Positions 11,886-24,495 of a stretch of DNA of 64,000 nucleotides are shown one piece after another. The DNA is from Epiperipatus broadwayi (lineage: Eukaryota > Animalia > Onychophora), in NCBI GenBank assembly GCA_028023455.1, contig JAQFVV010000003.1, forward strand, positions 23,870,001 through 23,934,000, given 5' to 3'. Within the stretch, counting starts at the first letter, position 1, and each line of letters begins with the position of its first letter. The position numbers and the translations under genes were made by a program. The notes below the pieces were generated by a model, which saw only the letters and a list, made by a program, of their open reading frames with translations, was not told the origin of the DNA and ran no database searches.

Positions 11886-14779
11886 TATATTGTGCCATTA
11901 CAATTTAGTCACAAGCTAAATTTGTAGTAATGTGCATGAGAGAAAATGAACAAAAATCATCATCACATTTTTATATAACCATGAAAGAAGCTGTAGGGCA
12001 TCCAAGTTCAAACCCTACCAGATCAAAATTTTAAAAGCTTTAGACAGAAAGAGAGTGGGTCAACAATTATATGCTTTACTTGTTTGTGTGTTGATAGAAA
12101 GGTAATACACACATTTAAACTATTCAAATTTTAATTTTTCTGTTAAAAAGCAAAGTTATAACACATACATATAAGCAGTGTATGTGTAAGTTATTTAATT
12201 GTTTTATATTTCAAATATTAAACACTTTGACTTTCTTTAAAACTAACCTATGCTTGATCAATTCTAATATCTTATTCTATACTTCTATTTTGCTTTTCTA
12301 TAATTGTAATTGGGATTTAAAAGTTACAGATTTAATTAAATAATAGGGTTATAATTACTAAGCTAGCAATTATATTATTTAATGTTAGTTTATGAATGAT
12401 TTGAAATAATGAAGTATGTGTGTACATTACATACAGAAATTTACATTTATTAAATATTGAAAGAAAAGGAAGGGTTAAATCTGTCAAATTATTTTTTTTG
12501 TACAATTTTATGTTAAAAGAGGAAATCTGTTGAATCAGATATCTATTTTTGTAACAATTTTGTTTTTGTAAATGATTGTTTGTCACTTTGGGAGCTTAAG
12601 CTGGGTGGGAACTCTAATTTTGAAATTGTCTTATCTTAAGATCTAAAGAAGGAAGCTCAAAAATTTGAAATGTTACCTAGGTGTAAGAAAAAAAAGGATT
12701 AAGTCTATTTTTTTTAAAACAAAAGTGTCTGGAAAAAGGATTAAACTTATCAATTGAAAAATAATTTAGTTGAAAATAAATTAAAGATCTAATTAAAACG
12801 AATTTGTCCAAAAATAGCAAGTGACGCTATCTCTGATTGGTTAAGTTAGCTAAAAAATTGGATATAAAGAGCTGTCTGGAAAAATCAGTTGAATTATTAT
12901 TGTGATTATGATTCAGATTATTAGACTATTAAATTGAATGTTGAAAATATAAGAAATGACTGGCTAGAAAAATTATATGTATGTCCCATCTTTGCCTGAC
13001 CATCTGGGAAGCTGCACATCATATAGGAAAGAAAAGATGTTTTGTCTAAAATAATATTCTACACCTTTCAACTGACCAGAGAAATAAGATGTTCTTAATA
13101 GAAGGAAGAAAGCATTCACCTGCATTCGATGAAAGATGAATTAATCTACCGATAAATATTAATCATCAAGTCCAATTAATTGTTCCAGCAACTGATTTTA
13201 AACTCAAGAAAATTTATAAACGTGAAAACAACTGCTGTATTTCATCCACTAAAAGAATAATGCTTGACAGGAAGAGAAGAAAAATTGATATAATGATTTC
13301 CAAATTATCCACTAAAGCAAATAACCTCAATAGGATCCTCATCAACAAATAATTATATACTTCAAGAAAGTGATTGTTCCAAAGAACACGGAAATTGTTG
13401 CTGCCAAGTATAGACAGTATACAAGACAAGTGAACCCTTGGATCGGTAATATGACTTTTATATCTATTTTCTTTATGAAATCAGAGTATTAATAAAAATT
13501 TAGTAATAAAGTGACATTTTATTTAAAGAACTTTTAAAGACAATTCAGATCGATGGAAACCAAGAATGTCTTAATAATAATAGCTTTGAACTACATAAAT
13601 AATTTTGAATTTATCAAAATTTATTTGTTTATTAATTTTACAGTTATGAAATATTAATATGTAAAATAATTTTTTTATTTATGGTATTATGATTTTAGTT
13701 TTAACTAATATATTATTATTATTTTGGGATAAAACACGCACATACATAGTAATATTTTATATGTGTATAATTGCGAGTTAATGTGAAATAATAGGTGGTG
13801 TTAAAATATTAAATTATTTTGTCTTGAGAAAGTATAGATTTCAGCACTTAGAAGGGAGGGGGAGATAATGATTTAAAACTCTTTTCCAAGAACTTGATTT
13901 TTCTAATTTCTATTAACATTTTTTTTTAACATTCTATTTACATGTTAGATTTATAAAGTATGTGTGCTAATGAGTGGATAATATTTTTTTTTCTTGAAAT
14001 ACTTTTCTCATGGAGTGAAAATCATGGTCAATGTGACATCCAATTTAATACAAAATACATTTGAAGGGAAAGGGGGAAGAACTTGAAATTAATCTGAGGA
14101 TTGTTATATAATCAATTATTATCATTATTATTATTCATGTCAATTTTCATGTTTCTCTAGAAATTTTATGTATATGTTAGAAGTGCAGTAATAAATATTA
14201 GTTTGTTTTATTAAACGAGGCGTATATATTTCATTAAGTGTAGTCTTTGTTAAGTGTGATCATTCATCATCATCAGTGGTTGAATATTAGTTATTTAAGA
14301 TATAAGTAAATATGCTAAAATTAAGCAATAATTCTGAATTTCTTTATAAAAATTAGTTTTATGTTTAGGCTTAGTCCTAGAGCGGTAGTTGAAACCCTTG
14401 TCATTATCGTTATTATTATCATCATCATCATCGTCATCAACATTTTAATTAATGAGCTGTTTAAATGTTTAAAGGCAATAAATAAATATTAATTTCATAA
14501 TATTTAGTGATTTCTTAGTATTATTATAACCATATCCCGTCATCTATTTCATGCAAGGATGAGTGAATTGCCATCCTAAATTAGTTATGTATAATCTGAG
14601 CTAGTAAACTTATAAAAATATTGAAACACGTTTGTTATGTTAAGCTCTGAGAAATGATTTATGTCTAATATACTCCACTTTGGTTTATAAATGTTTTACT
14701 TTTACCTAAATATTAGTGCATATAGTGATATGGCTCAAAAAGCAAAATCTCCCATTTTTATTAGAAATAAAGTACCAAA

Positions 14780-14875
14780 AGAGGATTCAAACCGGTACAT
14801 GTGAAAGGTTATTAGATATAACCGTGTCTAGATTCAAATAATCTAGTGGCGCCCTGCTAGACCATATTCACTTAG
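14780..14875 (-). mobile_element. tRNA-related SINE head remnant
   Basis: Minus strand A-box-like TGGTCTAGCAGGG and B-box-like GGTTTGAATCC. Confidence 0.35.
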
Positions 14876-15604
14876 TATTTCTTTAAACATGCACTTAACA
14901 TCAAACCAAAAAATGAAAGTGAATAAGATCTACTGTCTGTATACCTGAGTTATATTTTATTGAATTACTAGTGTACTCACCTCACATGATTTCATATACC
15001 TGAGTTATAATCCTTGATATTAATAATTTGTTTATAATTATTGATAGTGGGATATCTTGAGAAATCTAATGATAGAAATTTGTTTCATTTCATCCAATGA
15101 CCTGTAATATGATAGATAACTCAGTCTGATCTTTGGTTTAATAGCCACTACTCATGTTAAATAATTCTTCTCTTTTGATATAAAATCTACAATGCATTTT
15201 TCGTTTATTGAGCTAGATATTTATATTGGAAGCTTTTTTGAAATAAAATAAATATTTATATTTGAATCATTTCTTGATTAAATAATATACTTGATCCAGT
15301 TGATCCTCTTCATTAAGTTAAGCTGAATATAATAATATACTGAATATTTTGGATTCATGATTTTTTAATAATATTTGACATTTCATGATCATTTAATCAA
15401 TATCTTTTGATCTAAACCTTAATTTTATTACAATGGATCTTTAATCTAGTTTATTTAAGTTACAATGATACTTTTGATCAGTTTATTAATGTTTGTAATA
15501 CTTGAATATTTGAGATTTTAATAATGTTTGAATTCTGACATTTCATAATTACTTTAATAGACCAGATCTCATTTTGTTACACTGGATCTTTGTTCGACCT
15601 TTAA

Positions 15605-16051
15605 CTTTGTTACAATATATATTAAATTAGGTCATGTGACATCTGACTTGATTTTTTTTTTTTTGTAATTTTATTTTTTGCTATGATGGCTTTGCTGATT
15701 TTATATTGCTAAAGCTATTAATATATGGTGTATCTGAACTTATTTCAGTTCCATATGGCTATTTAAGTTAGCTGGATTGGAAGACATATGGATGTCCAAA
15801 AATTTCAGATTTTTTACTTAATAGTTATACATTAGATAAAGTGCTGGGCTAATCCTGGTTTTTTAATCTAATGATTGAATATCCTAGCATCTCACTGAGG
15901 ATGCCAGTAACAGAAACTGGTCTGAGGTTGAGGTATTCTACAAAGCTTGTCAATAGCTTGTTCTGCAAGCTCTGCATATAACCTTTGTAAATACAAGCTT
16001 ATTAAATTAGGTCATGTGACCTTTGACTTGGATTTTTTTTTTTGTAATTTT
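15605..16051 (+). mobile_element. HHR family A, 380-nt monomer with terminal direct repeat
   Basis: tattaaattaggtcatgtgac...ttttgtaatttta at 15620 and 16000 (offset 380). HHR core CTGAGGA at 15895-15901, GAA ACTGGT C at 15913-15922. Candidate 8-bp TSD acctttaa at 15597-15604 and 16052-16059. Confidence 0.88.
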
Positions 16052-17959
16052 ACCTTTAATGATATAGTTATTATTTTTAAATACTAATATTTATTATATA
16101 TGTGTGAGTGTAATCAATATAAAAAAATGTACATGTTGCGAAAATTGGCAATTGTTATTGCTTCTAAAGAATGAATATCAAATTTCTATCAATGTGTTTG
16201 AAATAGAACCTATTCTTTTAAACAAAGATCATTTTGCTTGCTTTACTTTTATTTAATGTAATTATAATTATATTGTGATGCCAAAGTCATTGATGAAATA
16301 TTTACAAATCTGATTAATTACTGTGTTTGTAATTATTTCAAGAAATATTAACTCTAATTAATCTTCTGTAATATAAACAACAAAACTAATGTAAAATAAT
16401 AGCCTGGCGATATTTCAATTAAAATAAAGCAGTATAAAAACTTTATATATTGATGTAATATAATAATTGTCTACAAATATTTTCAGAACTCTATACATAT
16501 GAAATAAGTATTATATATATATAAATCTAATCATAAAATAGATAAAGGATAATTGAAGAAAGTGAAACAATGCTTTTATAACTCATGCTTCACATTTTTT
16601 GTTTTCTTGCTTTTAATTGGTGTTTTTCTCATCCAAATATTGATTGCCTATGGGTCTTCTTCATGCGTTTTTTTTCCCCCTTGGGTGACTTACCCCCCAA
16701 AAAAGTACTGAAATCAAACTGTCCTATAAAAGGAAGTCTGAAAAAGACTATATTAATTGAATGGTTGAAAAAAAACATAGAAAAACAACATATCATTATA
16801 AAAATGCAAATAGAGAGTGAAAATAATCATGACTGTGAAATTATTCTTTACACTAATTTATAAATTCTGAGAAAATAGCTCAGTGAAAACAACCTTATCT
16901 ACAACAGTTTTATCCTCTTGATAGGAAAATGATGTATTGTCATTCTGTCATATTTGTTTTTAAATCTCACTTAACCTGTAAGCAACTAATCATATTCCAG
17001 AACCTAATCTAAATATGAATCCTCAGTATCTTATTAACTTTTTACTTTAGATTTCTAAGAGGTTTTAGAATTTGTTAATATTTTTAGTATCATCTGTATT
17101 GATGTTTTCTAATATTTTGGATAATATATCTTGAAAGGTAATTGTTATAATGTGAATTTTACAATTAATGACTTTGATCATTATCAACAATATTACATCT
17201 TAACACAATTTTTCCTTAGCATTCCAATGTTTAGAAATAAAAAAATACAATGCATTACATAATCCACTTCATCATTATACTTTAGCACCATTTGTTGTGA
17301 ATATAAGTCATAATGGGCACCTAATTTCTTTTTCTTTTTTATCAAAGAGTTAAAAGTGCCTACAGCTAGCACAAAACTGAGATCTCTAAAATATATTATT
17401 GTTGACTTAGTATTAAATTAACATATCATTCTATGTAAACAATTTGGTTTTAAAACATTAAGGTATTTGAAATTTTTAAATTAGTAGCTTGGATAATATA
17501 AAAGAAGTAAATGCGGCTTCCACATAGATATGTATAATCCATTGCTCTTCAATCACAAAATGTAATAACTTATAATTAATTGGTGATTTGGTTGAATATA
17601 GGTGCTGACCACAGATGTCTCAAAATAAAATGATAGTGTGATTACTTTTGTTAATGCAGATGTTAAATGGGAGTTAGAGGGATCACAAGGCATTATTTAG
17701 ATAATCATATGCTAACTTCACCATTCTGTCAGTACAAAATATTATCAGAATGTTGGCATTTATCCATGACACTATTATTATAATATACACATGATCTTTT
17801 TATCACTTTTCTTTTAGTGAACTCACTTCAATTTTTTTTTATTGTTGAATTTTATCAACATATTTGTAAAATAGATATGAATAGAAGTGTCAATTTAAAT
17901 AGTATGGAATAATAAATAATTGTAATTTGTTTTATATGTCTAGTATGTAGTGTATATTT

Positions 17960-18000
17960 ATAGCTCTGATGAAGATTATTAGATAATCAATAATGTCACT
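17960..18000 (+). ncRNA. Decayed orphan hammerhead motif
   Basis: CTGATGA-A-GATTAT TAG ATAATC, then AATA in place of GAAA, then ATGTC. Confidence 0.35.
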
Positions 18001-18254
18001 TTAGAATATTAAAATATTGTAAATGTATGTATGAAGAGTATGTTATTATTATTTTTAATAATAAAGATAAATGATTTTTAAAATTAAATCATAACTATGA
18101 ACAAACTATGAGATGTTCATAGATCATGTATTTATAATATATTCACACTCTTTGTCTTTCTGACTAGTGTGGACTGAAGATATTAAAATTAACTTCCCAT
18201 TCTCCTAAAGTTTTGATTTAAATTACTCTTTTCATTCTGTGATTTGAAATAATA

Positions 18255-18560
18255 TGTACATTTATGTTCATGTATCAATGATGTCAGGAATTTTAAAATT
18301 GTCTTTGAAAAAAGATTTAGTATTTGATTTGTTGTATTCTACATAGATAGACAAATAGAACTTCTATCTCTTCTCAAGTTCTATTGGAGTTAAACATTTG
18401 ATTCTGAGAAAGGATATGGTTTCTTTGTTCATGCATTACTGATGTCAGGAGTTTTAAATTTTATTTTAAAAAATTGTACTATTTTTGCTTTATTCTACAT
18501 GTTGAAACACTATATAGACTTCAATACCAATTCTAATTACTAAATGTTTTGTCTGAAAGA
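18255..18560. repeat. Degenerate ~161-bp tandem duplication
   Basis: gttcatg(t/c)at...tgatgtcagga(a/g)ttttaaa at 18266 and 18427; attctacat also recurs in both units. Confidence 0.6.
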
Positions 18561-19358
18561 GCATGATGTTTAATAATTGAATGAGGTATAAGTTACCATA
18601 GGGTCAATGCTCATAAAACTCTATACCTCTTCTAATCTGTGTTGCAGAAAGCATTGTATTAAAAGTGTATTTTTATTTTTATGGTCAATGTGTTGATATT
18701 AATCTGGAATCTTTATTCTCTAATTAATAATGCTTAGATATTTATTAGCTAATAATAATCAGATGGTCACTTGGCTATCGACTGACTCTGTGAAAAAAAA
18801 ATTCTAAGCACACTTATGATGTGAAAAAAATGTTAGATTTAATCCATCCAGATCCAAGCTTGGTCATGGATGAGGCAGACAAATGTGTTAATTACTATAT
18901 CATGCAACTTTAAATGGAAATATTAAGTCATTTAAATTATCTTATTGTTGATACAGTTTGCTGCATTCATAATTTAGATACCATCACTTCAAATAGATAC
19001 AATAATGATTATTATCATTTTTATGCTGGAGACCATTATATCATTTCTAACTCAGATATAAATAATTGATGATAATCATAATGTATTTATCTGAAATGGA
19101 TAGTGTCAGAGTTATGAGGTGCTTATAAATCAAGTTGCAATAATTTGGTATTGATAAATGTTGATCAAGTGATGAAAACATTTGTAAGAAACTGTGACCT
19201 GAGCCAAATGAAAATTAGTGATTCAGCATGGAATGTGTATCTTGGGTATCATTTGTCTTTTTAGGATGTTTTATTCATATATTCTAAGAACATGTATTGA
19301 ATGGAAATTTTAAGGATATCTAAAATATATAATCATTTTAAATCCAAGTGTGCAAACT

Positions 19359-20171
19359 CAGGGCCGGCGGAAGCAGGCATGCAATGCATGCTAGGCATGC
19401 GGGCGCTGGCAGAAGGAGGCGCCATCACTGAGAGATTAGCATCTGAAAAAGAAGGCGTCATCCCTGAGAAATTAAAACTCTACTAACAAAAATACTCACA
19501 TTTGAAGAATATTATTCTCAAATGTTTATTTACAAAAATTATTGAGAGTAGATTATTGAAAATCATATGAAGTCATATTATATCTTATTAAATGACACAC
19601 ACAAGCAGGCCTGCACACAAGCTCTGCTTAATATTAAAAATATAAAACAATCAAATCTATTATTTATCATGAACAATAAACTAAACATAAAGTTTATTAT
19701 ATTACAAATTTCATATTGTAATGTTTATATATATATATATAGTACTGCTTATAGTAAACTATAAGTAACTTTCTGCTAGCAAATATATAAATAAACACAC
19801 ACTAAAAGTATTATAAATTAGAACTTATGTATGTATATGCGTATATATATATTAGATCATGTTTGTTAAAAACAGACAGTGACGCAAATAATAAATATGA
19901 AATTTTTAAAAAAAAAAAAATCTAAATTTGCCGTGTTAAATTATATATTATTTCATACAAACCGTTTGTATGAAATAATATATAATTTAACAATCAATTT
20001 TATGCTATTTTTGATATCAAAAATAGCATTACATCGTGCATTCTTTCTAAAAATCATGACTTTTTTAAAACGCCACGGGACACGGTCGGGTCACCTTAGT
20101 AAACATACATATTGACAGGGGCACCAAAATCAAATTTGCATGCGGGCGCCTAGTACCCAGCGCCGGCGCTG
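19359..20171. mobile_element. Non-autonomous hAT-type DNA transposon (813 bp)
   Basis: 11-bp TIRs cagggccggcg / cgccggcgctg (1 mismatch). Perfect 8-bp TSD tgcaaact at 19351-19358 and 20172-20179. No transposase ORF. Confidence 0.9.
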
Positions 20172-21689
20172 TGCAAACTGCTAAGTGCATAAATCAGTTA
20201 TGTGAACAATATTTAATAATCCAGCCAATCAAATCAGATTGCTTGTAATATAAATATATACACACACACTTATCAACTTTAACATCACATAACAAACATT
20301 TGTCTCACCTATATAGTTCTATAACATAATTAAACATGGAATAATTATGATGCTGTCTAATTTTTAAATATTTAAACATTAAAGCAAAATAACTTAAGGC
20401 AGAGTAAAAATCTGTTATAGATTATAACGACTTAAATAATAATTAATATTAATAGTAGACAGTTTTTATGATTATTTCACATTTAAACCTGTGCACTTCT
20501 GATATGGGGCATTTATATGGAATTGGTTTTGCTCATTACATTGGTGAAGTAGTTAGTTAGCTCAGTTATCAGCTAAAGATTAGAGTTGTATGCAATGAAA
20601 CAATCATATTGGATTGATTATATTGACTATCTATTTTAGGATAATATCAAATTTGTTAAGTATATATTACAGGCAATTTGATGGCTGGATTATTAAATGT
20701 TGTTTGAGTAATTGGTCTATATTACATATTATCAATGTAAGAGTTTTTCATAAGATTTATGATTTAGCTCTAAAATTAAAACGCTAAAATAAATTCTGAT
20801 AAAATAGTGACACAGGACATCAAACTATCACTGATAATGATCAAATGTTATTGTCTGATCATAGCATTCAAATTACTTAAATTATATTTTCTCCTTAGGA
20901 TAGAGAACTTATCCTACATATATCTACAAAAAACAGATTTATTAAAATAAGATATTCTTTATAATATCTTTGAATGGTTTATCAACTTTCCATTCCCAAA
21001 ATGTAAAGAAGTATTTTTTTTTTTAAAAAAAGTATGATTTATTTTTATATATACCAAATATATATATAGGAAAAATAGCTTTTAAATAGCCAGTTACAGA
21101 GCAGAAAGCTTCTCCAACAGTCCTTCAAAGAAGTCTGAATAAAAAGGTAATACTTTCCAGATTTACCAATCTGGAAGATGAGGGATTAAATATTTTTGTA
21201 TACTTCTTTTAATATTCTAGATAAAATTAAGTAGTCAATGTTTAATGATTGCGAGTTTGCTATTTGACACTATTAAGAGTTTGGATAAAGAAAATTCCTA
21301 ATGTCCACTCCATGTGTTCTTGTCATTACAGCTGTTATTACATATGATTATTTATAAAGTAACTGGTCATGGATGCACCAGCCAGCATGGTTAGTTAACT
21401 GAATCTTTACTCTAAATTTAAGATCACAAAGCATGGTCTTTCATCTCAGTTGTCTGATAGTTTTTAACTGATAACATTAGTTGAGTTTTTTTAAAAGATG
21501 GGATGAATATGTAAATGAATGATATTTTTAAATAGATATTTATAATCCATGACAGACAAAACTAAATTATGGTTTTTATTCCTGGGAGTGTGAAAAGTCA
21601 CCACCTATAGCAGCAATTGGCAGCCAAAGAGGGAGAGTGTTATGAATCTCCTGATTATAAATCTAGGCTATCATTAAATGACAATCTTT

Positions 21690-24320
21690 TATTTATATAT
21701 CTAAAACTGCAGATCACTCTCAAGTTAAAGAATATTGCACAAATTGAAAGAATTCTCTAATATGGGACTTTATTAGATTTTGTGAAGTTAGAACAAAAGA
21801 TAAAAAAATGATTTAAAAAATTGATTCATACTTTAGTATAAAGATATAAATATTGGAAGCATAACTAGAGGGAGATTTATTACAAATAAAAAGTAGAAGA
21901 ATGCCATTATAAAGATTGATAATATATTAAACCATGTGGTTAAGATGAGTTATTCTTATTAATAGAAGATACCAAATGCAGATAATTCAGATTTATCTTC
22001 CAAAAAGTTCTCATTTTGGTGAAAAAGTAGAGGACTTTTATATGGTTGTACAAAATGTATTTGATTAGACCAAACAACATTTTAAAATTATCACTGAAGA
22101 CTTTTAAATGATTAAATAATGGAAATGCTAAAGGTACATTTCATTATTGTGACAGAAATGAGAAGAGAATGGATAACTTGTGGGAGGTCATGGAAAAAGA
22201 AAAATCATATACCATGATTTTTTTCTTTGAGAAGAAGCTAGATGGAAATTGGCATGAATGCATTCAAATGAAGGTACAATAGAATTAAAATAAATTTTTA
22301 ACAGAAAATATATTTCAGAATTATAATGTTCTCAATAGATTCAACATGGGAAGTGATTTATCAATTATTCAGAAGTAATATACATGTTAAAGCAAAATTA
22401 GAGATGGAAAAATTATTAAAAATACATTGTCAACAGCTAATATTCCTAACCTTCAGAAACACTGCAATCAATTTAAATTAGAACTTGGAAAATCATTTAA
22501 AAATAGTAACAGATTTTGAATATGTTTCAGACTTAACTGAAACTAAGAAGATAACTGATCCAATTTACCAAATAAATTTTTATTGAGACAAGCACAATGA
22601 ATATATAAAGAAAAGCAATAAAAAATTTAACAAATGATCCACAAAACCCCCCTGAATATTGTAAAATGGTATGAAAAAGAGAATAAAAGTTGTCAACCAT
22701 TGGTGGTCGAGAGGTCAGCACAGATGCCTTACAAGCAGTTGTCCCGGGATAGCGGGTTCACTTCCTTGCCAATGCTATGACATATGAAAAAAAAAGTTTC
22801 ATGTGTGAAGCAACATTATGATATTGAGTGTTTAAGAGTTGTTTCTGCAATAAAAAGAAATGATAAAATTATTGCTGTAAAGAGAGATGACATTGTAAAA
22901 TGTATGGAATAATTCTATAAGGAATATAATACAGAACAATAACAACAAAAAAAAACAACTTCTGTAGTTAATATATTTTCTAAACTGCCAAGAATTTTAA
23001 ATGAAGAAATGAGACATAAAGTTAAATCTATGAAGAGAAGAAAGTCTTCAGAAAAAGATGGAATTCTTCTTATTTATATTTTTTAAAAAGCAGATGAATA
23101 AATAGAAAAATTGTTGGTAAAGCTATATGTCAAATGGCTAAATGATAAAATTGAACCAGACAATTGGAAAAAGGCAAATATAGATAATTAAAAAAGTAAT
23201 AAAGAAGATATTAAAAATTGCAGATTTATTAGTCTTCTACTAGTTTTATATTAAATCTTTTCCAAAATAATTACAACTCATGAATAGTGAACTTTGACTT
23301 CAAACCAATTAAAAAGATCAAACTGGATTTAAATGTGATTTTAGAATAGCAATCATATCCAAGTATTAAAAAAAGTTAGGAAAAAGATTAATGAATTTGA
23401 GTTACTAATATGCTTAGACTTTGTAGATTATGATAAGGCACTTGATTCTATAAGCATTTCCATTGTGATTAAAGAAGAATATATATCAAAATACAGCAGT
23501 AGTGATTAGATTACTTGGTGATACTTAGACTAACATTGAAAGGGATGTATATTAGGATAATTTTATATCTAACTTTTTTCAGCAGTTTTACAAGAATTAT
23601 TTTGTAGATTAAAATGGGAAGCTAAGTGGATAAGAGAAAATGGAATTTATTTTAAACATCTAGGTTTTGTATGGAGTTGTTTTTGCAAATAATGCTTCAG
23701 AGCATCAGGAAATGTTGCAAAAGTTATCAGATAAAAGTAATAAAGTAGAACTAAAGATAAATGTTAAAAAAAAAACCCCTAATGTTCAATGAATTTTGCA
23801 GAAGAAAGAATAGTTTAGAAAACTACAAATATCATGGTCAGATTATTAATATAAACAGAAAACATGACAGATGAAATTAATTATAAAATTAAATCTGAAT
23901 GGAGAGATTTTGGCAGAAATAATTTATGTCTAGGTGCATGAAAAATGATATGTATTTTACCATTTCTTACTTATGAATCTTAGATTTGGTTGCTTAACAA
24001 AAGAATAATGGAGGGACTATTCAACAAAGTATGGAAATATCAACTTTCAGAATAAAAAAAAAGAAATTGAAAGTGAAATAAATACAAGGATGGAAGAACA
24101 ACACATATCACTAACATCATTGAAAAAATTAAAAAACTAAACTAGGCTCATCATATTGATAGTAAAAATGTTAATAGATGGGAAATTTTAAATTAGATTC
24201 CAATAAATTGTAAAAGACCTAGAAAGATCAATGAATGAAATAAGATAGATTGTCTGTGTGTTGTGAAGAAGAGATATGGATTGACAAAACTGGATTGAAC
24301 TTGGATCCTTCAGAAATTGA
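21690..24320 (+). mobile_element. Near full-length, heavily decayed RTE LINE (APE endonuclease plus RT)
   Basis: Ordered remnants: WDFI..CEVR, IIQIYLP....KVEDFY, GSD, VDYDKALDSI, EMLQKL...KV.LKIN, and an RTE-type C-terminus near 24100-24250; multiple stops and frameshifts. Confidence 0.8.
22692..22782 (+). pseudogene. Second copy of the tRNA-Gly-derived TAC element, inserted in the RTE
   Basis: ccattgg tggtcgagaggtcagcaca gatgc ct TAC aa gcagt...gggttcacttcc ttg ccaatgc tatgaca. Shares TAC, C58, the cgag/gcaca D region and a similar trailer with 2791-2873. Confidence 0.75.
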
Positions 24321-24424
24321 TTGATAATGATTGAAAATATGATGTTGATTTAATGATTATCTGAAGATTATATGAGCCAATTACCTGAAAGTAAAATCCC
24401 AAACTATTGGAAAGAAATCTTTAT

Positions 24425-24495
24425 TCAGCCAGAACTCGAACTCAAGCCTATATAGGCATGAAAAGTGGATGCACTATCTTTGCACCATGGCTTTC
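24425..24495 (-). mobile_element. tRNA-related SINE head remnant
   Basis: Minus strand A-box-like TGGTGCAAAGA and B-box-like GAGTTCGAGTTC at tRNA-like spacing. Confidence 0.45.

Noticed and set aside
12820-13450. Possible solo LTR or promoter (ATTGG and TATAAA motifs, higher complexity)
   Set aside because: No TG...CA boundaries, TSD or second copy found.
16585-16863. 92-aa ORF
   Set aside because: No recognisable domain or splice context; typical chance ORF, like most other 60-90-aa ORFs in the track.
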